A stretch of 64,000 nucleotides of DNA from an uncultured Actinomycetes bacterium (GTDB taxonomy: Bacteria; Actinomycetota; Thermoleophilia; UBA2241), in assembly GCA_963725665.1 (NCBI GenBank), contig CAVRZA010000004.1:448001-512000 (forward strand). The letters run 5' to 3'. Shown here in pieces: positions 19,939 to 28,948 of this stretch; within the stretch, counting starts at the first letter, position 1; each line of letters starts with the position of its first letter. The notes below the pieces were generated by a model. That model did no database searches. It was given only the letters and a program-made list of their open reading frames with translations, and was not told where the DNA came from. Made by a program: the position numbers and the translations under genes.

Positions 19939-20752
19939 GTGACCGACTCGCGCCGGCAGAGGCTCGAGGGCCTCTACGACACGCCGTGCCCTGCGCGAGA
20001 AGCGCGTCGTGGTGGTCGGCCTCGGCTCGGGCGGCTCGACGGTCGCCCTCGAGCTGGCCAAGGCCGGCGTCGCGCGCTTCACGCTGATCGACCCCGACAC
20101 GCTGGAAGAGGCGAACCTGATCCGCCACGAGTGCGACGACCGCTACCTCGGTGAGAACAAGGCGGTCGCGGTGGCGGATCTCATCCGCCACCGCGACCCC
20201 GAGGCCGAGGTCGAGGTGCTGGCGGCCGACGTGTTCGACCTGGGCGAACGTCTGGAGCGGCTCGTCGCCGGCGCGGACCTGGTGGCCGTCTGCACCGACG
20301 CCGAGCCGCCCAAGCACCTGCTCAACGAGCTCTGCACGGTGGCCGGCACGCCGGCGGTGTACGCGGGCGTGTACGCGCGGGCCGCCGGCGGCGAGGTGAT
20401 CCGCTGCGCCGGCGGCCCCGACGACGCCTGCTACGCCTGCGTGACCTCGGTGCTCAAGGAGACGGCGCAGACGCCGGTCGACGAGGCCGAGCTCGACTAC
20501 GGCGCCGTCGACGCCGACGGCACGCTGCACGGCGCGCCCGGCCTGGGCCTCGACGTGCGCCTGATCGCCCTGCTCCACGCCAAGGTCTGCCTGGCGACGC
20601 TCGTGCCCGAGCTGGCCCTGGACGCCAACGTGGTGCTGTTCGGCAACCAGGCGATGGAGGGTCTCTTCCCGCGCCCGCTGGCCAGCGCGCTGGTGCAGGT
20701 GGCGCGGCAGGAGGAGTGCATGATGTGCCGCCCGCTGCGCGGGGAGCTTTAG
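19939..20752 (+). CDS. E1/ThiF-family adenylating enzyme (indel near 19985)
   Basis: VVVGLGSGGS, DPDTLEEANLIRH, GENKA, CTD, and CYAC and CMMC zinc ligands. Confidence 0.85.
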
Positions 20753-20765
20753 GCCCCGCACCCGC

Positions 20766-21138
20766 TCAGGCCCAGGCGATGATGCCCAGGCCGCGGTCGG
20801 CACAGATACGGAAGAGCTTCTGCAGGTCGCGGATCTCGCCGGGACTGGGCGTGGAGTACTCGTCGAGGTCGAGCCGCTCGCAGACCGTGTCGGGGTCGCA
20901 CTCGGCCAGCTTGTCGGCCATCTCGGCGACCGTCTCGGGCGGGAGCCACTCCTGGTAGAGGGACTCGCCGGTGACCTCGCTAGACGAACCAGCTGTAGAC
21001 CTTGCCGCGGAACGAGGTGACGCCGTCGCTGAACATGCTGCCGCAGAGCTGGATACCGGACTCGGTGAGGGCGCGCTCGTCCTCGGGGGTGAGCGTGGTC
21101 TCGTCCGGCGTGCGCGAGATGATGTTGTCGAGTCCCAT
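20766..21138 (-). CDS. MGLD-family small protein, paralog 1 (indel near 20981)
   Basis: MGLDNIISR...SFRGKVY...SLYQEWLPPETVAEMA...CADRGLGIIAWA; clearly homologous to the ORFs at 27680 and 33773. Confidence 0.75.
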
Positions 21139-21214
21139 CGCCGACCTCCCCTCTCCTGCTTGGCAACCTGTCCCTCGAGGCGCGGACGCCAAGCACGGCG
21201 CGGTCGATCTTGCC

Positions 21215-21682
21215 TCAGGCCCCGCCCAAGATCATTCGTATCACCAGCACGACGAGGGCCACGACGATCACGCTCCCCACGATCACCGAGGTGGCGACCG
21301 GGTAGGCGCGGAAGGCCGCGACAACGGGGAGGCCGAAGATGAGGCCGAAGACCACGGCACCGACTGCGAACCCCGCCACGCCGCTGACACCCCAGTCGAT
21401 CCCGGAGCCGAAGGCCCAGGCGATACCGGTCAGAAGCCCCATGAACAGCGTGCCGAGGAGGAACGCTACGACAAAGAAGGCCACCCAGGAGGCGACGCCG
21501 CGGGCGAACCACGACGCACGGCCGGACGCGCTCTTGCTCCTCTTGGCGCCGGAGCTGCCCTTCGCTGCGCCCTGCTGCTGGGCCTCCCGCTTGAGCGCTT
21601 CCCATTCGTCGTCTGTTAGAGGCCGGCCGAGCACCTCCGCGACCTGGTTTCTGACCTGGCTCTCGGTCCCCTCGAAGTCCAC
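21215..21682 (-). CDS. hypothetical membrane protein
   Basis: GTG start after AGGCAGGA; three hydrophobic helices. Confidence 0.65.
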   Translation of the reverse strand: MDFEGTESQVRNQVAEVLGRPLTDDEWEALKREAQQQGAAKGSSGAKRSKSASGRASWFARGVASWVAFFVVAFLLGTLFMGLLTGIAWAFGSGIDWGVSGVAGFAVGAVVFGLIFGLPVVAAFRAYPVATSVIVGSVIVVALVVLVIRMILGGA

Positions 21683-21796
21683 TCCTGCCTCCCTACGACC
21701 CGGCGAGTGTCTCACAAGGGCCTACCTCAAACAACGCGGACGGCCTTTGATGTCGGCGCGTCTCGCCCGTCTCTGGGTTGAAACGGGAGGTGCAAG

Positions 21797-21997
21797 ATGA
21801 CGGGCAACGGTAACGAAACCGGGCGCGGCGCCCGCGCCGGTCAGCTCAGTCCGCAGGACGTCGAGCGCCTGTTCGACGGCGGATATCGCGACATCGAGAT
21901 CCTGCCCGACGGCACGCTGCGAGAGACCGTCCGCGGCGGCAATCCCGTCGACGAGGCGGTCACGCGGACGCTCAAGACCGAGCGCACCTGGTACTGA
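21797..21997 (+). CDS. 66-aa small protein, candidate modifier peptide
   Basis: Strong GGGAGGTG RBS. Gly/polar-rich sequence with DIEILPDG and C-terminal TLKTERTWY. Confidence 0.7.
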   Translation: MTGNGNETGRGARAGQLSPQDVERLFDGGYRDIEILPDGTLRETVRGGNPVDEAVTRTLKTERTWY

Positions 21998-22049
21998 GTC
22001 ACCGCGCACCCGCGACCTCGACGACCGCGGCGGACTGCAGCGGTGAGGA

Positions 22050-22088
22050 ATGGGGCGGCGGGGCGGCTGCGCCGCCCCGCCGCCCCAT
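22050..22088. repeat. perfect 18-bp inverted repeat (REP-like hairpin or terminator), copy 2
   Basis: atggggcggcggggcggc-tgc-gccgccccgccgccccat, ~50 nt after the small ORF. Confidence 0.75.
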
Positions 22089-22160
22089 CGATCCCAACGG
22101 CCACTCGCATCGCCCCGCCCGTGGCGACAAGAGGGGTCTGTGGAGCGGGCGCCGGTGCGC

Positions 22161-22169
22161 TGGTACAAT
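22161..22169 (+). promoter_or_regulatory. putative extended -10 promoter
   Basis: TG-G-TACAAT upstream of the 22351 gene block. Confidence 0.4.
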
Positions 22170-22350
22170 CGAAAGCAGACGCACCGAATGGGGGAGGGTG
22201 CATGGGCGATTTGCGGGGACTTCATGACCAGAGCCGAACGGCACCCGCCACGCGTGCCCGCGCCGCCCGCCCCGATTCCTTCGTCCCCGTCGCCTCGGCG
22301 GACAGCACTTGTCCCAGCCCGGCGGCCCCGGATCGCATGAGGAGGCAGCA

Positions 22351-22860
22351 GTGACTGGAGAGAATGACAAGTTCGGCGTCGATTTCGGCGACCTTGGGGT
22401 ACAGCAGCCCAGACCGGAGCCGGCCACGTTCACACCGGCGCGTCCCGCGACGACCCGGCGGGGCGGCGGCGGCAAGGCGGTCAGGGTGATCTTCAGCCTC
22501 ATCGGCCTGGTGGCCGGCGTGCTGGGCGCCATCTACGCCTACCGGGCCACCTCGTCGTGGTTCCTCGTCGTCTTCACGTTCTTTCTGGTCCAGTGGCTCA
22601 TCGGCCGCGGCTTCGGCCAGGTCCTCACCGAGCGACGCAAGGTGCAGCGCTTCTTCTACTACCTCATCCCCACGGTCACGGCTGTCGGCGCCCTCTACTT
22701 GGCGCAGCGCCTTTGGGACACGTGGTGGCTGTCGGTGGTGCTCGGCGTCTGCGTCGGCTTCTTCATCGGCATGATCGCCGTGGCGCTCCTCTTCCCGGGC
22801 GTCGCCTTGCAGGAGACGGAGGATTCCACGAGCAGGGCCAAGGCGCAGTTCGGACTGTAG
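22351..22860 (+). CDS. hypothetical 4-TM membrane protein
   Basis: GAGGAGG RBS then GTG; four hydrophobic segments. Confidence 0.7.
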   Translation: MTGENDKFGVDFGDLGVQQPRPEPATFTPARPATTRRGGGGKAVRVIFSLIGLVAGVLGAIYAYRATSSWFLVVFTFFLVQWLIGRGFGQVLTERRKVQRFFYYLIPTVTAVGALYLAQRLWDTWWLSVVLGVCVGFFIGMIAVALLFPGVALQETEDSTSRAKAQFGL

Positions 22861-22946
22861 CGTCGGGCGGCGGGATTGAATGGCTCGCGCGGACGGGGGT
22901 AGGGTCTAAAGGAGGAGCGGCTCGCTACACGACGGGCGCGTGACAC

Positions 22947-24680
22947 ATGACAGAGAGCTCAGACACCGGCACAGGCGAAGGTGCCAAGTTCGGCATCTTC
23001 ATCAGCTACCGCCGCAGGGACACGGCGGCCGGCTACGCAGGCCGCCTCCGGGGCGATCTCAGGCGCGAGCTCCCTGATGCGGAGATCTTCTTCGACGTCG
23101 AGTCGATGCCGCAGTTCATCGGCAAGAAGTTCTCGGTGATCATCGACAGGACGCTCGCCTCCTCCGACGTGCTGCTGGCGATGATCGGTACCGAATGGGC
23201 CGCCATCACCAAGGAGCGCGAGCAGGACAAGAGGGACTGGGTGCGCCGCGAGATCGCGGCGGCGCTCGAGCGCGACATCAGGGTCGTACCGCTGCTCGTC
23301 GAGGGCGCGGTCATGCCCGACGAGGACGAGCTACCGGAGGACATCGCCGACCTAGCCGAGTTTCAGGCCCACGACATTGGTAACAAGACCTGGGACCACG
23401 GCGTTCGGACCATCGCCGCCATGATCAGGGAAGCCCAGGCGGAGAAAGGGCTGGTTGCCAAGCCTGAGCAACCGCCCGGGCGGGAGCCCGAGCCCGAGGC
23501 CGAGATGACCGCCGGGCCGCAGCCCGAGTCGGCGGCCGCGCGCGAAGAGGAGGAGAGGCGCAAGCGGGCCATGGCCGACATGCTGAGCATGGCCCAGGCG
23601 GCGAAGATGCCGGTGGCCGAGGCTGAGCCGCCCATCGTCGAACCCGCTGCCGAGGCGGAGGCCGAGACTACAGCCGCTCGCGAGGCCGCGGCGGCGGCCA
23701 CCCGCGAAGCCGAAGAGAAGGCCGCTCGCGAGGCGGAGGAGAAGGCGCAGCGCGCACAAGAGGCCAAGGCCAAGCGCGCGGCCGCCGCCAAGGCCAGACG
23801 CGAGGCTGCCGCCAAGGCCAAACCTGAAGAAGAGGAGAGGCTCAAGCGCGAGGCCGCAGAGAGCTCCGGCCACCGACCCCTCAGCGAGATCCTCGACGAG
23901 ACCGGCCTCACCTATCGCCAGGTCGGCAACGCGTTCGGGCTGCTGTTCCACGCCGAGAAGGCCGAGCAGGTGGCCGTCGCGGTGCAGGACGTGGCCCACG
24001 ATATCGTCCTCTTCAGCACGCCGAGCCCCAACCCCGGGGGCTCCAAGGAGGAGAGTTGGCTGCACAATCTCCTGCGCCTGAGCCTCGCGGCCGACTACAT
24101 CAAGGCGGTCGCCAGGGGCTCCGACGTGCGCCTGGCCTGCGAGATCCCGCGCGCGATGCTCACTCCCAAGGTCGCCGAGGGCCTGATCCGCGGCCTCGCC
24201 TACCTGGCCGACTCCACCGCTAACGACTTCACCAGCGACGCCGGCTGGCGCGAGCTGCAGCTGGGCTGTGCCCAGCGGCAGAGCCACTTCTTCGACATCG
24301 ACGCCGAGCAGGCCAAGGCCGAGGTCGAGCGCCTGGCAGAGAAGAAGGGCATCAGGACCGACAGCGAGGGAGGCAGCCTGCGTCTGCACCTGCCGCTGGC
24401 CGGCACCGAGACCAGGGTGGTCGTGCACACCTCGAGCACGGTGGTCAGCTTCGCGGCCTACTTCTCCGACCTGAAGCCCAGCGGCGACAAGGTCGCCTAC
24501 ATGCGCCGCATGCTCGAGCTGTCGGGCACCGTCGACGTCGCGCGGCTGGTCTTGGACTCCGACGGCGACGCGGCCTTCTTCTACGAGGTGCCCGAGGTGG
24601 CGCCCGACACCCTCGACCAGATCGAGGCGCAGTTCACCATGCTGCTGATCGGCATGGCGGTGGTGCACGTCGGGGCCTAG
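22947..24680 (+). CDS. TIR + Ala/Glu/Lys-rich coiled coil + tandem YbjN/T3SS-chaperone-like domains
   Basis: IFISYRRRD...FFDVE...DWVRREI, EAEEKAAR repeats, and a C-terminal MRRMLELS...ARLVLDSDGD-type segment. Confidence 0.75.
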   Translation: MTESSDTGTGEGAKFGIFISYRRRDTAAGYAGRLRGDLRRELPDAEIFFDVESMPQFIGKKFSVIIDRTLASSDVLLAMIGTEWAAITKEREQDKRDWVRREIAAALERDIRVVPLLVEGAVMPDEDELPEDIADLAEFQAHDIGNKTWDHGVRTIAAMIREAQAEKGLVAKPEQPPGREPEPEAEMTAGPQPESAAAREEEERRKRAMADMLSMAQAAKMPVAEAEPPIVEPAAEAEAETTAAREAAAAATREAEEKAAREAEEKAQRAQEAKAKRAAAAKARREAAAKAKPEEEERLKREAAESSGHRPLSEILDETGLTYRQVGNAFGLLFHAEKAEQVAVAVQDVAHDIVLFSTPSPNPGGSKEESWLHNLLRLSLAADYIKAVARGSDVRLACEIPRAMLTPKVAEGLIRGLAYLADSTANDFTSDAGWRELQLGCAQRQSHFFDIDAEQAKAEVERLAEKKGIRTDSEGGSLRLHLPLAGTETRVVVHTSSTVVSFAAYFSDLKPSGDKVAYMRRMLELSGTVDVARLVLDSDGDAAFFYEVPEVAPDTLDQIEAQFTMLLIGMAVVHVGA

Positions 24681-24790
24681 CGGCGGGGGGGCGGGGGCGG
24701 CACCAGGGCGTTCAGGTGATCTTCGTCCTCTTCGGCCGGCCGGTGTGCTGGCCGCAACTACGCCTACCGGGCCACCTCGTCGTGGTTCGT
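24681..24790 (+). repeat. degenerate direct copy of 22456-22565
   Basis: 31-bp exact match ctacgcctaccgggccacctcgtcgtggttc at 22533-22563 and 24758-24788, with a degenerate match extending upstream. Confidence 0.85.
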
Positions 24791-24894
24791 GCTGTAGCGC
24801 CGTGGCGGCAGCCGCGCCCGGCGCCGATATCAGTATCGGGGCTTCGTGCCTCCCGTTCACTGTGTCGGCCTTCAGGGACAGGAGGTAGGCGGCC

Positions 24895-25872
24895 GTGAAC
24901 TTCATCATCGAGTCTGAGGCTCCGGACTTCGTCGCAGACGTCGACGCGGCCGGCGTCGGCGCCCTCTGGGTCTCTCCCCACGGCACGATCCTGTTCGCGG
25001 GCACGGGCAGTGGCCAGGTGGTGGAGCTGAACGCGTTGACCGGCGAACGACTCGCGAGCCACGTGGTCTGCTCCTCGGAATCATCGTTGGGCGCCTGCAG
25101 TCTGCAGTCCTGCTCGGCGGACCCTGAGCGCACCATGATCGCCTGGGCAGCCGGCGGCGGCCACGTGGGAGTGATCGGCGTCGCGAGCGGTACGGTGACT
25201 TACCGCTTCGATGAGCCGCGGCCCATGGCGATGGCATGGTGCGCCCTCGATCCCAAAGGGCGCGGCTTGTGGCACACAGCCGCACCAAGCCACGCGCTCG
25301 TCGAGTTCCCCACGCACGTCGTCCTCATCGACGTCGCCTCCGGCCGCGGGCTGGCCGACCTGCGACGGCGCCCCGGGAGCCTCCTCGGTCTGCGCCAGCC
25401 GGGTCTCAGCTCGGTCGCTCTGAGCGACGACGGAAGGCACCTCGCCCTCGGCTGTCGCGACGGCACCGTGGGACTCTTCGACGCCATCGGCTTCAAACGA
25501 CTGGAGCACAAACGCGCGCACTGGGACCTGGTCTCGGTCTGCGCCTTCAGTCCTGACGGCCAGTGCCTCGTCACCGGCGGCTACAAGCACGCTCCCGAAG
25601 TCAAGGTCTGGTCGCTTCCCGGACTCTCCAAGCTGGCGACGTTCGAGGGCCACCGGGGAGGCGTCTGGAGCTGCGCAATGAGCCCCGACGGCGAGATCAT
25701 CGCCTGTGGCACGGGGGACGGGCTCATCACCTTGCACGACCTGTCTCAGAGTCGACGGGAGCAGACCTTCGAGGGTCACACGGACGTCGTCGCTGCGGTC
25801 GCTTTCGCACCCAGCGGACGCCGTCTCTTCTCGGCGTCGGGCGACGGCACGGTGCGGGCGTCGTCTGTGTAG
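24895..25872 (+). CDS. WD40-repeat protein
   Basis: AH.D.V..CAFSPDG, GHRGGVWSCAMSPDG and GHTDVVAAVAFAPSG. Confidence 0.85.
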   Translation: MNFIIESEAPDFVADVDAAGVGALWVSPHGTILFAGTGSGQVVELNALTGERLASHVVCSSESSLGACSLQSCSADPERTMIAWAAGGGHVGVIGVASGTVTYRFDEPRPMAMAWCALDPKGRGLWHTAAPSHALVEFPTHVVLIDVASGRGLADLRRRPGSLLGLRQPGLSSVALSDDGRHLALGCRDGTVGLFDAIGFKRLEHKRAHWDLVSVCAFSPDGQCLVTGGYKHAPEVKVWSLPGLSKLATFEGHRGGVWSCAMSPDGEIIACGTGDGLITLHDLSQSRREQTFEGHTDVVAAVAFAPSGRRLFSASGDGTVRASSV

Positions 25873-25941
25873 GAGGCGACCCGGCCGCGATCTCGAGGGG
25901 ACTGGTGACGTGTAGCGCAAGCGCCGGCATCGAGCAGAGGA

Positions 25942-26991
25942 GTGAGTCGGCCCGCGCAACCACGGCTTGTCCACGTCCTGCGCGGCCACAGTGGCGCGGT
26001 GACCGACTGCCGCTTCTCGCGCGACGGGCGGCTGGCGGTCAGCGCCGGCGTCGACCTCTCCGTGCGTGTCTGGGATCTGACCAGCGGCGGGCGGGTGTGC
26101 GTGGCCGGCGAGCCGCGCGACATGAGTATGTCGGCCGATCCGAAAGCGATGGCGCACTACGCGCTGGCACGTGTCATCTCTGCCTACGCCGGCGCCATCC
26201 GGTGCTGTGCTTTCGACTCCGAGGGGCGCCGCGCGCTCGCGGTCGGTCCCGGCGAGACACTGACGCTGTGGGATGCAGCCAGCGGAGCCGCGCTCAGCCA
26301 AGTCGACGACCCGGGCGGGCACGTGCAGGGCGTGTTGATCGACGACCAGCGCGACGCCCTCTCCGTGCACCTCGCCACCGACGAGCACGAGTACCTGCGC
26401 GCGGAGTTCTCAATGGACGACGGCCGTCAGACCGAGCTCGAACACCGGCCGCTGCCAACCTTGCACGTCGTCGGCAGTCCTGACGGTCGGCGCGCGGTCG
26501 TCGTCGACCCCGACGGCCTGATGCAGGTCGCCGACTTCACGACCATGCCTGAGACCGAGCCTATGTGGGCCGAGCGCGCCTGCATCGTGTGGCTGAATGC
26601 CCACGACCGCACCGGCGGCGTCGATACGCGAGGTCGCTGTGTGGCCGCGGGCAACCGCTACTGTGCCAGGGCGGAGCTGGGGCGGGCCGATGTGTTCGAC
26701 ATGGTCGAGCATCGGCCCGCCCCGTCGCTCCCCGGCCACCCGGACAGCGTCATCACCGCGCTCGACGTCGCGCCGGACCGCGCCCTCGCGGCCACGACCG
26801 CCCTCGACAAGACCGCGCGCTTGTGGGACCTCGAGACCGGGCAGGAGGTGGCGCGCATCGAGTGCGAGCAGGCCACCGAGACGTGCGCCCTGTCGCCCGA
26901 CGGCCGCCGCCTGCTCGTAGGCACCGGGCTGCTCGAGGTTGCCGAGCCCGGTGGGCCTTACGGTGAGGTCCAAGTCTGGCGGATCGACTGA
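25942..26991 (+). CDS. WD40-repeat protein
   Basis: GHSGAVTDCRFSRDG...D.SVRVWD and DKTARLWDL. Confidence 0.85.
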   Translation: MSRPAQPRLVHVLRGHSGAVTDCRFSRDGRLAVSAGVDLSVRVWDLTSGGRVCVAGEPRDMSMSADPKAMAHYALARVISAYAGAIRCCAFDSEGRRALAVGPGETLTLWDAASGAALSQVDDPGGHVQGVLIDDQRDALSVHLATDEHEYLRAEFSMDDGRQTELEHRPLPTLHVVGSPDGRRAVVVDPDGLMQVADFTTMPETEPMWAERACIVWLNAHDRTGGVDTRGRCVAAGNRYCARAELGRADVFDMVEHRPAPSLPGHPDSVITALDVAPDRALAATTALDKTARLWDLETGQEVARIECEQATETCALSPDGRRLLVGTGLLEVAEPGGPYGEVQVWRID

Positions 26992-27174
26992 CCGGACTAG
27001 GTGGAGCGCCCGGGCTGGCACAGACAGCCGCAGGGCCGGCAAGCTGCATACGCTCAGGCGTGCTGCGCTGCGCGTGGATAGGCAGGGGGCACATGGCGCT
27101 CCCCGGTCGTTGACAGTCGAGCTCACTAGACGCATTGTAGGGGCATCGTCGTCCTACGATATTGGGGAGGAGCC

Positions 27175-27612
27175 GTGGCCGTCAGGGATTCATACACCGC
27201 ATCGGAGTGGCGGACGCTCGAGTTCGCGCTGCTGTGGGCGTTCATGGGCGTCGCCTACGTCGACGGCAACGTTGATGAAGCCGAGTTCGGCGTGCTCGCA
27301 AAGGAGCTGGCGGAGTCACTTCTCTACAAGGACGAGCTTACACGCAACGTGCTCACGTCGATCGCCGCCGACCTCGAAGGGACGATGAAAGACTTCTTTG
27401 CGGATGGGCGTAACTTCCTCACAGGGCTCCAGGAAGCGGCAGCCGTCCTGGCGGCAAAGGCTGCGTCGGAGAGTGCGGACGATCTCAAGAAGACCATCCT
27501 CGCGATCTGTGCTCGCGCTGCCGCGGCATCGGGCACACCCGGCGACGAGATATCAGCGGACGAGAATCTGGCTTTCGGGGCGGTCGCGGCCGCACTCGGG
27601 GTCAGGCTCTAG
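27175..27612 (+). CDS. TerB-like protein
   Basis: VAYVDGNVDEAE and AASG...ISADE, the two acidic half-motifs of the TerB fold. Confidence 0.65.
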   Translation: MAVRDSYTASEWRTLEFALLWAFMGVAYVDGNVDEAEFGVLAKELAESLLYKDELTRNVLTSIAADLEGTMKDFFADGRNFLTGLQEAAAVLAAKAASESADDLKKTILAICARAAAASGTPGDEISADENLAFGAVAAALGVRL

Positions 27613-27679
27613 CTCGCTCCATCGACTCGGTCCGGCGGTCGCTCTCGGGTACGGTCGCCGACGAGGAGGATGGGGGACC

Positions 27680-28039
27680 ATGGGGCTCGACACCTACGCT
27701 TCGCGCTTGCGTGACGAGATCGTGCTGACACCCGCCGACGAGGCCGCCTTCGCTGGTCTCGACCTGCCGCTGTGTGAGTGGACCACTGGCGGCTCCTTCC
27801 GCGGCAAGGTCTACCTCGACGTGGTCGACCGGGTGGCCGGCATGAACCTGGGCGAGGAGTGGATCCCGCCCGAGGACGTGGCCCGCATGGCGCAGGCCTT
27901 TGAAGCCTGCGACCCCGAGTCGGTGGCGGCCGCCTCGCAGAACGACCACTATCCGGTGGACGCCGACGAGGTGCGTGCCCTGCGCGCCCTGTTGCGGCTC
28001 TGCGCCGAGCGCGGCATTGGGCTCGTCGGGTCGTGGTGA
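27680..28039 (+). CDS. MGLD-family small protein, paralog 2
   Basis: MGLDTYASR...GSFRGKVY...EEWIPPEDVARMA...CAERGIGLVGSW. Confidence 0.75.
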   Translation: MGLDTYASRLRDEIVLTPADEAAFAGLDLPLCEWTTGGSFRGKVYLDVVDRVAGMNLGEEWIPPEDVARMAQAFEACDPESVAAASQNDHYPVDADEVRALRALLRLCAERGIGLVGSW

Positions 28040-28356
28040 GACGGAGCGACGACTAACTGCTGGCACGGCGGGCATTGCGCGGACTGGGGCGGTACCGGAC
28101 GCGCCGCCTTCCGCTCGGTTGGAGCCGCCGCTGTTGCGGAGCGACCAGCCACGGCTTCGTGAATCCGCCGAAGACGCTACAGTGCGCGCCAGGACGGATA
28201 CGACCTGCCGCGCAGCGAGTGAAGGGACCGCGACGTACCATTGCGCTAGTCGCCGCGGTCCGACGGGCGTATAACAGGCAAGGAGAGCGCGAGAGAACCC
28301 GGAGCGTGGTAGCCGCGGCGTCGCGGCTCTGGCTCGCGCAAACGGCTGGGGGGGCG

Positions 28357-28410
28357 ATGCCGCACACAACGCGCACGTTTCGAGTCTTCGTTCTCATGGA
28401 GAGCATGTGA
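28357..28410 (+). pseudogene. possible 5' remnant of a DUF4062-type gene
   Basis: MPHTTRTFRVFV matches the usual RTFRVFVSSTF start of DUF4062 proteins, then stops after 5 more codons. Confidence 0.4.
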
Positions 28411-28931
28411 CGGCGGCCGAACGGGTGGTCCGCGTGGGGGTCACGGGCCACCGCACGTTCGCCGATGTCGATGCGGTCGCGGTGCGCGTGCGTGCCGTCC
28501 TCGGGCGTCTGCTGCGCCTCGCGGGCGACGAGGGCGACGGCGCCCGGGTGCGGCTCGAGGTGATCTCGCCGCTCGCCGAGGGCGCCGACCGCCTCGTCGC
28601 CCGCGAGGCGCTCGCCCTGCCCGGCGCGACCCTGGTGGCGGCACTGCCCTTCCCCCAAAGCGACTACGCGCAGGACTTCGCCAGCGAGCAGTCGCAGCGC
28701 GAGTACAGCGATCTCCTTGCTCGGGCGCAGGCGGTCGAGGTGATGCCGCCGGTGGCCACGCGCGAGGCCGGCTACGAACAGGTCGGCCGTTGGGTCGTCG
28801 ACCACAGCGACGCTGTCGTCGCTCTCTGGGACGGAGAGCTCTCTCGCGACCAGGGTGGTACGTCCGGGGCCGTCGCGTATGCTGCGAAGCGTGGTGTGCC
28901 GTTGCTCTGGGTGCACGTGAGCCGGCCCTAG
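28407..28931 (+). CDS. SLOG-superfamily (YspA-like) protein
   Basis: RVGVTGHR, SPLAEGAD, LPF...Y..DF, Y...G..VVD.SD.VVALWDG and GGT...V.YA. Confidence 0.8.
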   Translation: MTAAERVVRVGVTGHRTFADVDAVAVRVRAVLGRLLRLAGDEGDGARVRLEVISPLAEGADRLVAREALALPGATLVAALPFPQSDYAQDFASEQSQREYSDLLARAQAVEVMPPVATREAGYEQVGRWVVDHSDAVVALWDGELSRDQGGTSGAVAYAAKRGVPLLWVHVSRP

Positions 28932-28948
28932 GAAGGGGTGGGGGACCC

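Noticed and set aside
18466-20752. CBASS type II or Bil/Bub call
   Set aside because: No CD-NTase motif and no beta-grasp Ubl ending in Gly were found nearby, so it was not assigned to a known system.
27110-27138. TTGACA upstream of the TerB-like gene as a promoter
   Set aside because: The -10 at 17-nt spacing (CATTGT) is too weak to call.
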